Assembly: GCF_009914755.1 (NCBI RefSeq)
Contig: NC_060926.1
DNA from: the human T2T-CHM13v2.0 reference genome, Homo sapiens
Direction: 5' to 3' (one strand)
DNA: 64,000 bases
This document shows, piece by piece, positions 41,069-56,000 of the stretch (position 1 is the stretch's first letter; every line of letters begins with the position of its first letter). The translations under genes were made by a program, and so were the position numbers. Below the pieces are notes generated by a model, which was not told the origin of the DNA, made no database searches, and was given only the letters and a program-made list of their open reading frames with translations.

Positions 41069-43099
41069 CTAGAAAATTAAGATCAATGAAACCAAGCCCA
41101 ACATTAGTAGAGGAAGAATATAATACATATCAAAGCAGAAACGAACAAAAAAAAGAAAAAAATACAATAGATTAATGAAATAAATAATTCATTTTCTAAA
41201 AGAAAAAAGAAAACTTTAGCTGGAAGCTAGACTAAGAAAAAAAGAGAGACTACTCGAGTATTAAAATCAGAGATAAAAAAATAAGACATTTCAACTAATA
41301 CCACAGAAATATAAAGGATTATAAGAGACTATTATGAACAAATATACACCAACAAATTGGAAAATTCAGAAGAACTGAACAAATCACTGAACACATCCAA
41401 CCTCCCAAGACCAAATTATAATGAAATAGAAAACCTTAACAGACTAATGATGAATAATTGTATTGAATCAGTAATAGAAAATCTCCCATCAAGTAAAAAA
41501 AAAAAAAACACAGGACATAATGACTTCACTGCTAAATTCTACCAAACCTGTATAGAATAACTAATACCAATTATACTCAACCTCTTCAAAAAAATTGAAG
41601 AAGAAGGAATACTTCTAAACTCATTCTACAAGGTCACTATTACCTTAATACCAAAACCAGACAAAGACATAGTAAAAAAGGCGAAACTACAAGTCAATAT
41701 TCTCGACGAACACAGATGCAAAAATTCTCAACAAAAGAGTAGCAAACAGGATCCAAAAGCACACAAAAAAGATTATTCATTATGTTCAAGTGGGATTAAT
41801 CCCAGGGATGCGAGGATAGTTCAAAATATGCAAACCATTAAATGTTACGTTAACAGAATGCAGGACAAAAACCACATGATTGTATCAATAAATGCAAAAA
41901 AGCCTGTGATAAAGTCCAATATTCCTTCATCATAAAATTCTCAACAAATTAAATATAAAAGGAATGTCCCTCAACACAATAAAGGCCTTATATAAGAAAA
42001 ACACAGTTAGTGTCATACTAAAGAGGCAAGTGGAAAGCTTTTACTCTAAAATATGGAATAAGACAAGAATGCCCACTTTGATTACTTTTATTGAACATAG
42101 CACTAAGAGTCCTAGCCACAGAATTAGGCAAGAGAAAGAAATAAGGGACATCCAAATGAGAAAGAAGAAAATTAAATTGTTCCTGTTTGCAGGTGACATG
42201 ACCTTATATATAGAAAATCCTATAGACTATATCAAAAAAAAGTTAGAACTAATGAATTCAGTAAAATTGCAGGATACAAAATTAACATACAAAAATCAAT
42301 ACCATTTGTACATGCTGATAATGAAAAAGAAATAAGAAAGCAACCCTATTTACAATAGTGGCCAAAAATATAAAATACCTAGGAATTAATTTAACTGAGA
42401 AGATAAAAGATCTCTACAATGAAAACTACAAAAAAATCTGTGAAATAAATAAGTAGAAAAATATTTTGTGTCATGGATTGAAAAAAAATAATATTGTTAA
42501 AATGTTCTTACTACCCAAAGTTATCTATAAATTCAGTGGAATACCTATCAAAATACCAATGAAACTCTTAACAAAAATAGGAAAAGTTATCCTAAAATTC
42601 ATATAGAACCATAAAAGACCCCATATACCCAAAGTAATTTTGAGCAAAAAGAACAAAGCAGGAGGTACCACTCTACCTGACTTCAAAATATACTAAAACA
42701 CTATAGTATCTATAACAGCCTGGTATTGATGTAAAAACAGACTAAAAATAGAACAAAATGAAACAAAATAAAGAGCCCAGAATTAATGCCATGTATATCC
42801 AACTGGTCTTTGACACGAGTGCCAAGAACGCACACTGGGGAAGAACAGTTTCTTCAATAAATGGTGCTGAGAAAATTGGATATCCATATGCAGAAGAATG
42901 AAACTATCTCTCGCCACTTAAAAAAATCAACTAAAATGGACTAAAGACATAAATGTAAGATCCAAAACTGTAAAACTACTAGAAGTTTTTAAGGTCTTTG
43001 CCAAAAAGCCACTTCCCAGACCAGTGTCCTAAACCGTTTCATCTAGTAGGGCAGCATCAATAATTTCTAATGGTTTTACCATCATTCTTCTTATTTCTA

Positions 43100-43720
43100 T
43101 TTTTTCTTCTACTAGTTTCTACAACCACTGAAATCTGATTTCTATTACAATTTTACTGAAATCACTTTTGCTACAATCATTCACAATCTTCTGATTATTA
43201 ATAGCCATTTTTAATTCCTTTATACTCTGTGGCCTAATTTGATGCTGATGATTTAATATCAACTTTTTCTGTATCTTTTTCTACTATTCTGGTCACTTGA
43301 TTTTATTCTCCTTTATAAGCTATTTCTTCTATGCTCCATTTTACGATATGATAATTCCTAGTCTTCTTTATACCCTTTTGTTTTTAATATATCCTAGGAA
43401 CTGGTGACCCACAAACATGTCAATGTACAAGAGCATTTTGTATTTCCACTCCTGTGTTTCTGATTTTCTATTAAATATATCCAAGTACATGCATCCAAAA
43501 GCTGTAACACTTGATAGTTCCAAAATGATTCCATCAATTTTTGCCAGCAGGCATGAGAAAGCAAACAATATTATAGAAAGATAAGATGGTCTATGTGGCC
43601 CATGATCCATGACTATGTGAATGTTATCTCCACTTCCTCAAATGTCAATGCCTGAAGCCTGAGCCTCCTCCTAAAACTCAAACTTTCCTCAATCTCTACA
43701 AATATAAAGTCAACAATGAT
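43100..43720 (+). mobile_element. Degenerate L2 fragment
   Basis: Pyrimidine-rich L2-like motifs (ttactgaaatcacttttgcta, aatcttctgatt). Confidence 0.45.
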
Positions 43721-43731
43721 TAAAAATTTTA

Positions 43732-44748
43732 CTTCTTTTTTTGTACTTTTTTAATTTCCAACTTTTATTTTAAGATCCAGGTTACATGTGCAGGTTGTAC
43801 AGGTTTGTTACATAGGTAAATGTGTGCCATGGTGGTTTGCTGCACCTATCAACCCATCACCTAGATATTAAGCCCAGCATCCATTAGCATTCTTCCTTAT
43901 GCCTTCCTTTCCCCTTACCCCCGACAGGCCCCAGTATGTGTTGCTCCCCACCATGTGTCTGTGTGTTCTCATTGTTCAGCTCCCACTTATGAGTGAGAAC
44001 ATGTGGTGTTTGGTTTTCTGTTCCTGTGTTAGTTTGCTGAGGATGATGGCTTCCAGCTTCATCCATGTCCCTGCAAAGGACATGACCTCATTCCTTTTTA
44101 TGGTTGCATAGTATTCCATGGGATATATGTACAACATTTTCTTTATCCAGTCTATTGTTGATGGGCATTTGGGTTGATTCCATGTCTTGGTTATTGTGAA
44201 TAGTGCTACAATGAACATACACGTGCATGTATCTTTAAAATAAAATGATTTATATTTCTTTGGGTATATACCCAGTAATGGGGTTGCTAGGTCATATGGT
44301 ATTTCTTCTTCTAGATCTTTGAGGAATCACCACACTGTCTTCCACAATGGTTGAACTAATTTACATTCCCACCAACAGTGTAAAACTCTTCCTTTTTCTC
44401 CGCACCCTCACCAGCATCTGTTGTTTTTTGACTTTTTAATAATCACCACTCTGACTGGGGAAAGGTGGTATCACATTGTGGTTTTGATTTGCATTTCTGT
44501 AATGATTAGTGATGTTGTACTTTTTTTCGTATGTTTGTTGGCTGCATGACTGTCTTCTTTGGAGTAGTGTCTGTACATGTCCTTTGCTCACTTTTTCATG
44601 GGTTTTTTTTTCTTGTAAATTTGTTTAAGTTCCTGGTAGACTATGTATATTAGACTTTGCCAGATGGATAGATTGCAAATTTTTTCCCCATTCTGTAAGT
44701 TGTCTGTTCACTCTGATGATAGTTTCTTTTGCCGTGCAGAAGTTCTTT
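43732..44748 (-). mobile_element. 5'-truncated L1PA (about L1PA10-like), last ~1 kb
   Basis: T-rich tail, acttttattttaag, tattaagcccagcat; ORF2p C-terminus in ORF track (TWNQPKCPST...WMKLEAIILSKL). Confidence 0.92.
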
Positions 44749-47700
44749 AAAAATGAATCAATATAAGCTACTTAATGCTACATTGCTGTATCTCTGCATT
44801 CCTCTGAATAGCTAACTCTTTGTAGTTTCTAATACTTTCATCTTCAGGACACCTCCCCCACCTTGTTTACCCTAGCACCTTAGCTATTATTACTTGTGTG
44901 CTATTCAAAAGGCAATTCTTCATTCGTCCTTACTTGTAATTCAGCTACAGTGAGCTGTCCCATACCTCCATTTCTCTGCTTTAGATTTTTGAAAATTAAA
45001 ATTCCAATTACACACAAGAAATATCTATATCCTTCATAGGTAGCCAAGATATACACATCTATTTTTTCTTAGTTTTTATTTAAATGGCATTTCTTCCTAC
45101 CTTTCCATTATAACAGATCTTGAACAATGCCCAGGGTAAGGGAAAAGCAATTATGAGTAGGATGAAAATATTAATAAACTCAAGATTGAAAATAAAACTT
45201 TTCAAGCTTCCCCATTTTTTAGATTAAATCATTTTCATTCAACAGGTATATATTTAGTAACTGACATTTACCAAGCACAGTACCAGAGCTAGGAAAAATA
45301 AATGCAAAGTGAACTGAACTGCACTTACACACAAATAAAAAAATGTAATGTAATCTGCTCTTTTTTTATGGTATCTCTTTACATACAGTCAAAACAGGCT
45401 GATATTGTAGAGTTACTTTCTTAAATTCTTATTTTTTATTTTTGTGGGTACATGGTAGGTGTATATATTTATGAAATACATGAGATACTTTGATATAGCC
45501 ATGCAATGCACAACAATCATATGAGAGTAAATGGGCTATACATCACCTCAATCCTTTATCCTTTGTGTTACAAACAATCCAATTATACTCTTTTAGTCAC
45601 TTTAAAATGTATAATTAAATTATTATTGACAAGAGTCACCCTGCCATGCTATCAAAAATATTAGATTGTATTCATTCTTTCCATTTTTGGCATGCATTAA
45701 CCATCCCCACATTCTTCACTATGCAACCCCTCCCAGCTGCTGGTAACCACCCTTCTACTCTCTATCTCCATGAGTTCAATTATTTTAATTTTTAGTTCCC
45801 ATAAATAAGTCAGAACATGCAAAGTTTGTCTTTCTGTGCCTGGCTTATTTCACTTAACACAATGAACTCTAGTTCCATCCATGTTGTCGCAGATACCAGA
45901 ATCGCATTTTTTATGGTACTCCATTGTGTATGTGTACACATTTTCTTTATCCATTTATCTGTTGATGGTCACAGGTTGCTTCCAAATATTGGCTATTGTG
46001 AATAGTGCTGCAATTAACATGGGACTGTAGATATCTCTTCAATATCTTAATTTCCTTTCTTTTGGGTTTATACCTAGCAGTGGGATTGTTGGGTCATATA
46101 GTAGTTATATTTTTAGTTTTTTGAGGAACTTCCGTGTTGTTCTGCACAGTGGTTGTACTAGTTTACATTCCCCCCAGTAGTGTATGAGGGTTCCTTTTTA
46201 TCCATATGCTCGACAACATCTGTTATTGCTTTTGGATAAAAAACATTTTAATTGAGGTGAGATGATATCTTATTGTAGTTTTGCTTTTCATGTCTCTGAT
46301 GATCAATAATGTTGAGCACCTTTTTATATACCTGTTAACTATTTGTCCTCCTTTGAGATATGTCTATTCAGATCTTTTGCCCATTTTTAAATCAGATTAT
46401 TAGATCGTTTTTCTATATAATTGTTTGGGCTCCTTATATGTTCCAGTTGTTAATCCCTTGACAGATGAGTAGATTACAAATATTTTCTCCCATTCTGTGG
46501 GTTGTCTCTTCACTTTGTTGATGGTTTTCTTTGCTGTGAAGAAGCTTTTTAACTTGATATGATCCCATTTGTCCACTTTTTGTTTTGGTTGTCTGTGCTT
46601 GTGGGGAATTGCTCAAGATATTTTTGCACAGTCCAATGTCGTGGAGACTTTCTTCAGTGTTTTCTTTCAGTGATTGCATAGTTTGAGGTCTTAGATTTAT
46701 GTTTTTAATCCATTTTGATTTGATTTTTGTATATGGCAAGAGATAGGGGTCTAGTTGCATTCTTCTACACATGGATATCCAGTTTCCTCCTCACTATTTG
46801 TTGAAGAGACTGTCCTTTCCCCAATGTATGGCCTTGGCATTTTGTCAAAAATGAGTTCACTATAGATGCATGGATTTGTTTCTGGGTTCTCTATTCTGCT
46901 CCATCAGTTTATGTGTCTGTTTTTATGCCACTACCATGCTGTTTTCATTAATATAGCTCTGTAGCACAATTTGAAGTTAGGTAATGTGATTCTTCCAGTG
47001 TTGCTATTTTTGCTCAAGGTATGTTTGGCTATTCTGGGTCTTTTGTGTTTCCATACAAATTTTACAGGTTTTTTTTCTATTTTTGTAAAGAATATCACTG
47101 GCATTTTGATAGGGATTTCATTGAATCAGCAGATTGCTTTGGGTAGTATGGACATTTTAATAATATTGATTCTTCCAATCTATGAACATCGAGTATTTTT
47201 TCATTTTCTGGTGTCCTTGCCAATTTATTTCATCAGAGTTTTATAGTTTTCATTGTAGAGATCTTTCACTTCTTTGAATAATTTCATTCCTAAATATTTA
47301 ATTTTATTTGTAGCTATTGTAAATGAGATTACATTATTGGTTTCTTTTTCAGATTGCTCACTGTTGGCATATAGAAATGCTACTGATTTTTGTATGTTGA
47401 TTTTGTATATTGCAACTTTACTGAGTTTATCACTTCCAATAGTTTTTGTATGTAATCTTTAGGGTTTTTTTTAAATATAAGATCATACCATCTGCACACA
47501 AAAAAATTGGCTTCTTCCCTTCCAATTTGGATGTTCTTCATTTATTTCTCTTGTCTGATTGCTATAGCTAGAATTCCAGTAGTATGTTGAATAACAGTTG
47601 CAAAAGTGGGCATCTTTGTCATGTTTCAGATCTTAGAGAAAAGGCTGTTAGTTTTCCTCCACTCAGGATGATACTGGCTGTGGGTCTGTCATTGGTGGTT

Positions 47701-48371
47701 TTTATTATTTTGAGGTATGTTCCTTCTATATCCAGTTTTTGAGGGTTTCATCATGAATGGAAGTACAATTTTATCAAATGCTTTCTCAGCATCAGTTGAA
47801 ATAATCATATGCTTTTTCCTTCATTCTGTTGACATGTTGAATCATATTGATTGATTTACATATGTTGAACCATCCTTGTATGTCTGGGATAAATCCCACT
47901 TGATCATGATGAAAGATCTTTTTAATGTATAGTTAAATTTTGTTTGCTCATATTTTGTAGAAAATGTTTGCATCAATGTTCATCAGGTATATTTGGCCTA
48001 CTTTTTTAAAGACTGTCTGATTTTGGTATCAGAGAAATACTGGCCTTGTAGAATGAGTTTGGAAGTATTCTCTGTTTCTCTATTTTTTTAATAGTTTAAG
48101 TATGATTGATATTAGTTATTTCTTAAATGTTTGGTAAAATTCAGCAGTGAAGCCTTTGTTTCATGGGCTTCTCTTTGCTAGGCGATTTTTTATATGGTGT
48201 CAATTGTTATTCCTTATTGCTCTGTGCAGGTCCGTATTTCTTCATGTTTCAATCTTGGTAGCTTGTATGTATCTAGGAATTTGTCCATTCCATGGTATTC
48301 CAATTTATTGGCATATAGTTGCTCAAAGTAGCCTCTAATGATCTATTAAATTTCTGTGGTATTGGATGTAA

Positions 48372-48717
<346 letters not shown>

Positions 48718-51700
48718 TAGTTTGGATAAAGGTTTGCCAATTTTGTTTATCTTTTCAAAAAAGCTGCTTTGGGTTATACTGATCTTTTGCATTGTTTTCT
48801 TTTTTTCAATTTCATTTATTTCTGCTATATTTTAATTATTTCCTTTCTTCTACTAATTTTGAACTTGGTTTGCTCTTGCTTTTCTAGCTATTTAAGATGC
48901 ATCATTAGGTTGTTTATTTGAAGTTTTTCTACTTTTCTTATGTAAGCACATATAGCTACAAATTTCCATCTTACTATTGCTTTTGCTGTATCCTATAAGT
49001 TTTGGTATGCTGTGTTTCCATTTTTATTTGTTTCAATACATTTTTAAATTTTTTTCTTAATTGATTCATTCACCTGTTAGTCATTCAGGAGCTTATTGCT
49101 TAATTTCCATGTATTTGTATACTTTCCAAAATTCCTCTTGTCATTGATTTATAGTTTTATTCTATCATGGTCAGAGAACATGCTTAATATTATTTCAACT
49201 TCTTTGAATGTTTTAAGACTTGTTTTGTGACCTAATATATGGTCTATCCTTGAGAAATGATTCATGGGCTGAGAAAACATCATGCATATTCTGCATCTGT
49301 TGGATAAAATGTTTTGTAAATATCTATTATGTTCACTTAGTCTAGACTGCAGAATAAGCCTGAAGTCTCTTTGTTGATTTTTTTGTCTGAAAGATCTGTC
49401 CACTGCTGTAAGTGAGGTGTTACAGCCTCCAGCTATTATTTTATTGAAGTCTATCTCTCTATTTAGCTCTAGTAATATTTTCTTTATATATCTGGGTGCT
49501 CTAGTATTGTGTGCATATGTATTTAAAATTTTCATATCTTCTAGATCACTTGAGCCCTTTATCATTATATAATGACCTTCTCTGTCTCTTTTCATAGTTT
49601 TTGTCTTGAAATCTATTAGTGATACAAATATAGCTACACTTTTTCTTTTTTGGTTTCCATTGGCATGGAATACCTTTTTCATCACTTTATTATCAGTGTA
49701 TGTGTGTCTTGTTCCTATTTGGTTTTTTTTTTTAATCCATTCAGCTACTCTGTCTTTTGAATGGGTAGTTTAGTCCATTTACAGTCAATATTATTATTGA
49801 TAAGTAAGGACTTACTCCTGCCATTTTTGTTATTTGTATTCTGATTGTTTTCTGGTCTTGTCTTCCTTTTTTGTTTTTCTTTCTTCCTGTCTTCCTTTTA
49901 GTGAAGGTGATTTTCTCTGGTTATGTTATTTAGTTTCTTGCTTTTTATTTTTTGTGTATCCTCTGTATTTTTTTAATTTGAGATTACCATGATACTTGCA
50001 AATAATATTCATTATTTTAATCTGATGATGATTTTACACTAACTGCACACACAAACAAACAAGAGAAAATGAATAACAACTCTACACTTTGTCTATTCAC
50101 TTTTTAAGATGTTGTCCTTTGTATTTATATCTCCTTGTACTGTTTATGTCTTGAGAAGTTGTAGTTTTTATTTTCAATTGGTTCATCTTTCAATTTTTCT
50201 ACCCAGGATGTGAGTAGTTTACACATCACAATTACAGTGTTATAATATTCTGTGATAATATTCTGTGATTTTTTGCTTACCTACTATTACCTGTAAGTTT
50301 TGGACCTTCAGATGATTTATTATTGCTTATTAACATTCTGTTGTTTCAGATGGAAAAACTCCTTTTAGCATTTCTAGTAGGTCTGATGTGGTGTTGATGA
50401 AGTCTCTCAGCTTTTGTTTGTCTGAGAAATTTTTTATTTTTCCTTCTTTTTTGAAGAATATTTTCATTGAATATGCTATTCTACGGTAAAATATTTTTTT
50501 CCTTCATCATTTTAAATATGTCATGCCACCCTCTCCTGGCCTGTAAGGTTTCTACTGAAGTCTGCTGCCAGATGTGTTGGAGTTCCTTTGCATGTTATTC
50601 ATTTCTTCTATCTTGCTGCTTTTAGGATCTTTTTTTTTGTCCTCAACCTTTGGGAGTTTGATTATTAAATACCTTTGGGTTAAATTTTCTTTATGTTCTA
50701 TAACCTTCTTATACTTGAATATTGATATCTTGCTCTAGGTTTTGGAAATTCTATTTTATTATCTCTTTGCATGAACTTTCTGCTTCTATGTCTCTGTCTA
50801 CCTCCTCTTTAAGGTTAGTAACTCTTAGATTTTCTCTTTTGAGACATTTTCTAGAACTTGTAGACATGTTTCATTCTGTTTTATTCTTTTTTCCCCTCTT
50901 CTGTCTGTGTATTTTCAAAGAGCATATCTTCAAAGTCACCAATTCTTTCTTCTGCTTGATCAGTTCTGCAGCTGAGATGCTGATGCATTCGTCAGTGTGC
51001 CAGTTGCATTTTCAGCTCCAGAATCTCTGCTTGATTCTTTTTAACTATTTCAATTGCTTTGTTAAATTCGTATGATTGGATTATGAATTCCTTCTGTATG
51101 TTATCTTGAATTTCATTGAGTTCCCTCAAAACAGCTATTTTTAATTCTCTGTCTGAAAGATCTATCTTTCCAGAATTGGTCCCTGGTGCTTTATTTAGCT
51201 TATTTGGTGAGATCATGTTTTCCTAGATGGCCTTGATGCTTTTGGATATTTGTCAGTGTCTGGGCATTGAAGAGTCAGGAATTTTTGTAGTCTTCATTGT
51301 CTGGGCTGATTTGTACCCATCCTTCTTGGGAAGGCTTTCCAGGTATTTAAAGGGATTTGGGTGAAGTGGTAACTTCAGTCACTCCAACTGTATCTGCACT
51401 ACAGGGCACCTTTAGCCCAGTAATGCTTGGATCTTGCAGACTCAGAGGTACTGCCTTGGTAGTCTTTTATAAGACCCAGAAGAATTCTCTAGATTATCAG
51501 AGAATTCTTGTTCCCTTCTCTTACATTCCCCCAAACTAATGATGTCTTTTTCTCTTTGCTGAGCTGCCTGGAGCTATGGGAGGGGCAATAAAAGGACTGC
51601 TGTGGCCACCACAACTGGGACTGCACTGTGTCAGATCTGAAGCGAGCACAGCCCTGAGTCTCATCCAGAGCCCATTATAACCATTGCTTGGCCAACATCT

Positions 51701-52751
51701 ATGTTTGTTCAAACCTCAGCGCTCTACAGTCAGCAGATGGCAAAGCCAACAAGGCTTTTCTCTTTCCCTTTAGGGTGGAAAGTTTCCCCCCAGCCCAGGT
51801 AGGTCCAGGGAAGCCATCCAGAAGCCATGCCTGGAGTCCAGACCTTAGGAATTTACCTGGTACTCTATTCTACTGTGGTTGAGCTGACACACCAAAAGAC
51901 AAAGTTATTCCCACTCTTTTTTCCCCTTTCCACAAGCAGAGGATCCTCACTCCACGGCCACTGCCACCACAGTTCCACAGGGAATACTGCCAGGCTACCA
52001 CCAATGTTCAATCAAGGCCCAAGGTCCCTTCAGTCAGCTTGTGGTGAACGTTACCAGGCCTAGGTTTACCCTTCAGGGCAGTAAGCTTGCCCTCTTGTCC
52101 AGGAAAGGTCCAGAAATGTCATCCAAGAGCCAGTGCTTGGCACTGGTGACCCTAAGAGACCACTTGGTATTCTGCCCCATTGCAGCTGCCAGACAAAGTC
52201 ACTTTACTCTTCTCTCTGCTTTTCTCAAGCAGAAGCAGTGCCTCCCCATAGCCACCACAGCTGTGAATATGATGAGTGACACCTGAAGTAAGCACCTCTC
52301 AGAGTGTCACCTAAGGCCCATGGCATGTACTAACTGACTAATGCTGCTGATTATTCAGGGCCCAAGGGCTCTTTAGTCAGTAAGGGATAAATTCTGTCAG
52401 AATGTGGTCTTTCCCTTCAAGGTAGTGGGTTTTCTTCTTGTCCACGGTATGTCTATAAATGTCTAGGAGCTAGGGCCTGAAATGGGTGCTTTGGGACTCA
52501 GTCCAGTGCCTCATTCTACTGTGGCTGAGCTGGTATCCAAGTTGCAAGACAAAAATCCATTTACTCTTCCTTCTCCTTTTCTCAAGCAGATGCAAGGAAT
52601 CTCTTTTGGAGCTATGAGCTGTACTGCCAGGAGTTGGGAGAGGGGTGGCACAAAAGTACGCCTTTGGTCACTCCCAACTGGTGTCTCACTAGGTTACTTG
52701 TTCCCCACATCCACTGGCTCTGAGCCCCACACAGCACTAGGACTTGTCTAG

Positions 52752-53089
<338 letters not shown>

Positions 53090-53926
53090 TGCCTTGCAAG
53101 TTTAATTGGAATGCCAGAGCACCTTAGCCTACGGCGGTGAGGCTTGCTGAAACTCAAGTTCCAAACAAGGAGACGGACAATTTCTCTTTGGCTAGAGGTT
53201 CTAAATGCTCCCTCTGTGGTCATCAGCTGAGTTCTGCAAAGTGTTGTTTTCCACTGTGACAGGGCAGCAGTGAATTCCAATGCAAAGTCCCATAATCACT
53301 GCACTTCTCCTCCCCCAAGCATACAGATTCTCCATATCATGCAGTTCCTGCTAAGGAATGGAAAAGGTATGGTGTCAGCAATTCAAGACTATCTCTCCTA
53401 CTCTTTACAGTGTCTCTTTCAGTGATATCAAATTAAAACCAGGTGATTGCTCACCTGATTTTTGGTTCTTATGAAGGTGCTTTCTTGTGTAGGTAGTTGT
53501 TACATTTCATATTCCTGTGGGGAGGACAACTGGTGGAAGCTTATATTTGGCCTTCTTGGTAATATAATTTTTGTAGCAATAGAAGTATGTGTATTTCACA
53601 GAAATGACACATAATTTAAACTGATGCTCTCAGTAGTTTATAATCATTAGGAAAGCAGCATGAAAGAAGTGACTCCTAAGCAAAATTGCAGGAGATCAGT
53701 GGGAGTGCAAAGATTTACATAAATTGGGAATTTTAGAAACTGGAAGTAGCAAATATCAACATCAGTATGCGGATGGCTCTTTTATGATTTTGTCTCGTTT
53801 AGCACCTGATGAGTACAATAGACAAATAATATACATATTTTTATGTAAGAGAGAGAAACTGTGGTAACAGGTGAAAGGTATGACCAACATAGATTTCATA
53901 GTTATGAAAAATGACATTCTTCCTAA

Positions 53927-54283
<357 letters not shown>

Positions 54284-55589
54284 AGATTGTTCTATTTCCA
54301 ATAATTATCAATATTGCCTCCTTCATTCAAATTTATAAGGTAAGTCTTTCTATGTGGCTACATCTTAATACCACTGCTTTACTCGTATATTTAAGCAGAA
54401 AGGATTGGACATCCCTTTTCTGTTTTGGTGGGCTGGTTCCAGAACACTATATAATATATTAGAGCCATGAGAGGTGTTAAAATCCTTAAAATACAGAGCC
54501 ACAGTCCCTCTCTAATAGGTTTGGGAAATCTCTACCTAACAGGAGATAACAAAGTAAGCAGATTCCTGAATATCACACTTGCTTCTCATATTTTCCTGAA
54601 GAATGTGGCTGAAATAAATATCACCAATGACCATTATAGGTTTCACTTTATTAGCCATCGAAATATTTGACAACTACTTAATCAATCAAGAATAGGTACC
54701 ACACAAGAGAGAAACAATTTTTCTAGTTAAAGCAGAAGCTTAAAAAAAGTGTAACTCATTTCAAGAATCTCAAATTTCATGGTGCATAAGAAAATTTACC
54801 TATTCTTACATATGCTATCCTATGTCCAGGGAAAGATTCATCCAAAATATTGTACTAGTATCAAAGATTGGGAGAAAGACCCAAAAGGTAATGGTTCTTC
54901 TAATGTCTCAAATTTTAAAAAATGAGAGGGAAAATCTCTATAAAAGTTACACATTATAAATCACATTTTCCTGGAACAAAACACCACTTACCTTGGAAAT
55001 TTTCTCTACAAAATATATTGTCTCTCTTACTTACAAAAAGCAAAATAATAATTACCTGACAAAGAACTACAAATATTTGATTTGCTTAATTACAAGCTCC
55101 ATCTTTGGTAGAAGCTTTGAACAGGATTTATGTAGACCTTCACTTAATTTGAGAAATATGATTCAGGATTAATTTAGAGTAAGAGAATGCCAAATTAAGT
55201 CTTGGGATGAGGTCACACATGAATCTCCAAAGCTGGCTCAGTTCAAGGCATATTTTCATGAAATTGTACATTGTCTTTCATAAAAGAGGTTCTTGAAATG
55301 AATGTAACAGATTCATTCATGAATGAAAGGAAAAAATAGGAAAGCAGAAAGATTTGAAAAGAAGCTCATTAAATGTATTTATTTTAAATTAATAACATTG
55401 AACAGTTACCATATTTTTATAATCATAACATAAATAATTGAAGTCATGCAGTACAACAAAAATCAATTTGATGAAATAAGGCATCTAATGGAATATGAGT
55501 TTTGAAGCAAAATCACATTTTATAATACAAAGATAAAAGTGAAAGCAGATAATACAGAATAAATGTATATAAATGATAATTTGGATTAT

Positions 55590-56000
55590 TTTTCAGATAA
55601 TTTCACTGTCCTTTCCCTCTCATTGGGAGTGAAATAGAATTCCTTCCTTTAGTAATGTTCAGCTTGGCCATGTGACTCACTTTGGCTAATAGAAGGTAAT
55701 GATGTTGCTACAAGCAGAGACATGGCTTGGATCCTATTATGATCTTACGGTTTACCAGGAGAGGAATATATCCTAGATTGTCTGAACCTCACAATGGAAC
55801 ATGAAGAGACCATTTGCCTTGTAGGTGCGGGTTCAAGGAAGATGAGACAAATATGGAATAAGCTTGTATCCATTCCTGGAGCCTGGAGCCTGGAGCCTGG
55901 GGCCCAGATACTGAAGCCTTGAGTCTAATTTAGTCCAGCTGATTTTCAGCTAACCCTCGCACACATAAACATGAGAATAAATGAGTTTTCTTTCAACTCA
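55590..56000 (+). mobile_element. Old MLT1 (H/I/J-like) LTR remnant
   Basis: ttggccatgtgactcactttggctaatagaa and catgagaataaatg motifs; internal (cctggag)3. Confidence 0.6.

Noticed and set aside
49149-49685. 178-aa ORF resembling an endonuclease
   Set aside because: Frameshifted remnant of the L1 ORF2p endonuclease domain in a dead element.
51840-52560. Recurring ~300-bp units containing ctattctactgtggctgagctg
   Set aside because: Intrinsic sub-repeats of the L1MA 5' UTR (also present at 58820-59170); not a CRISPR-like array.
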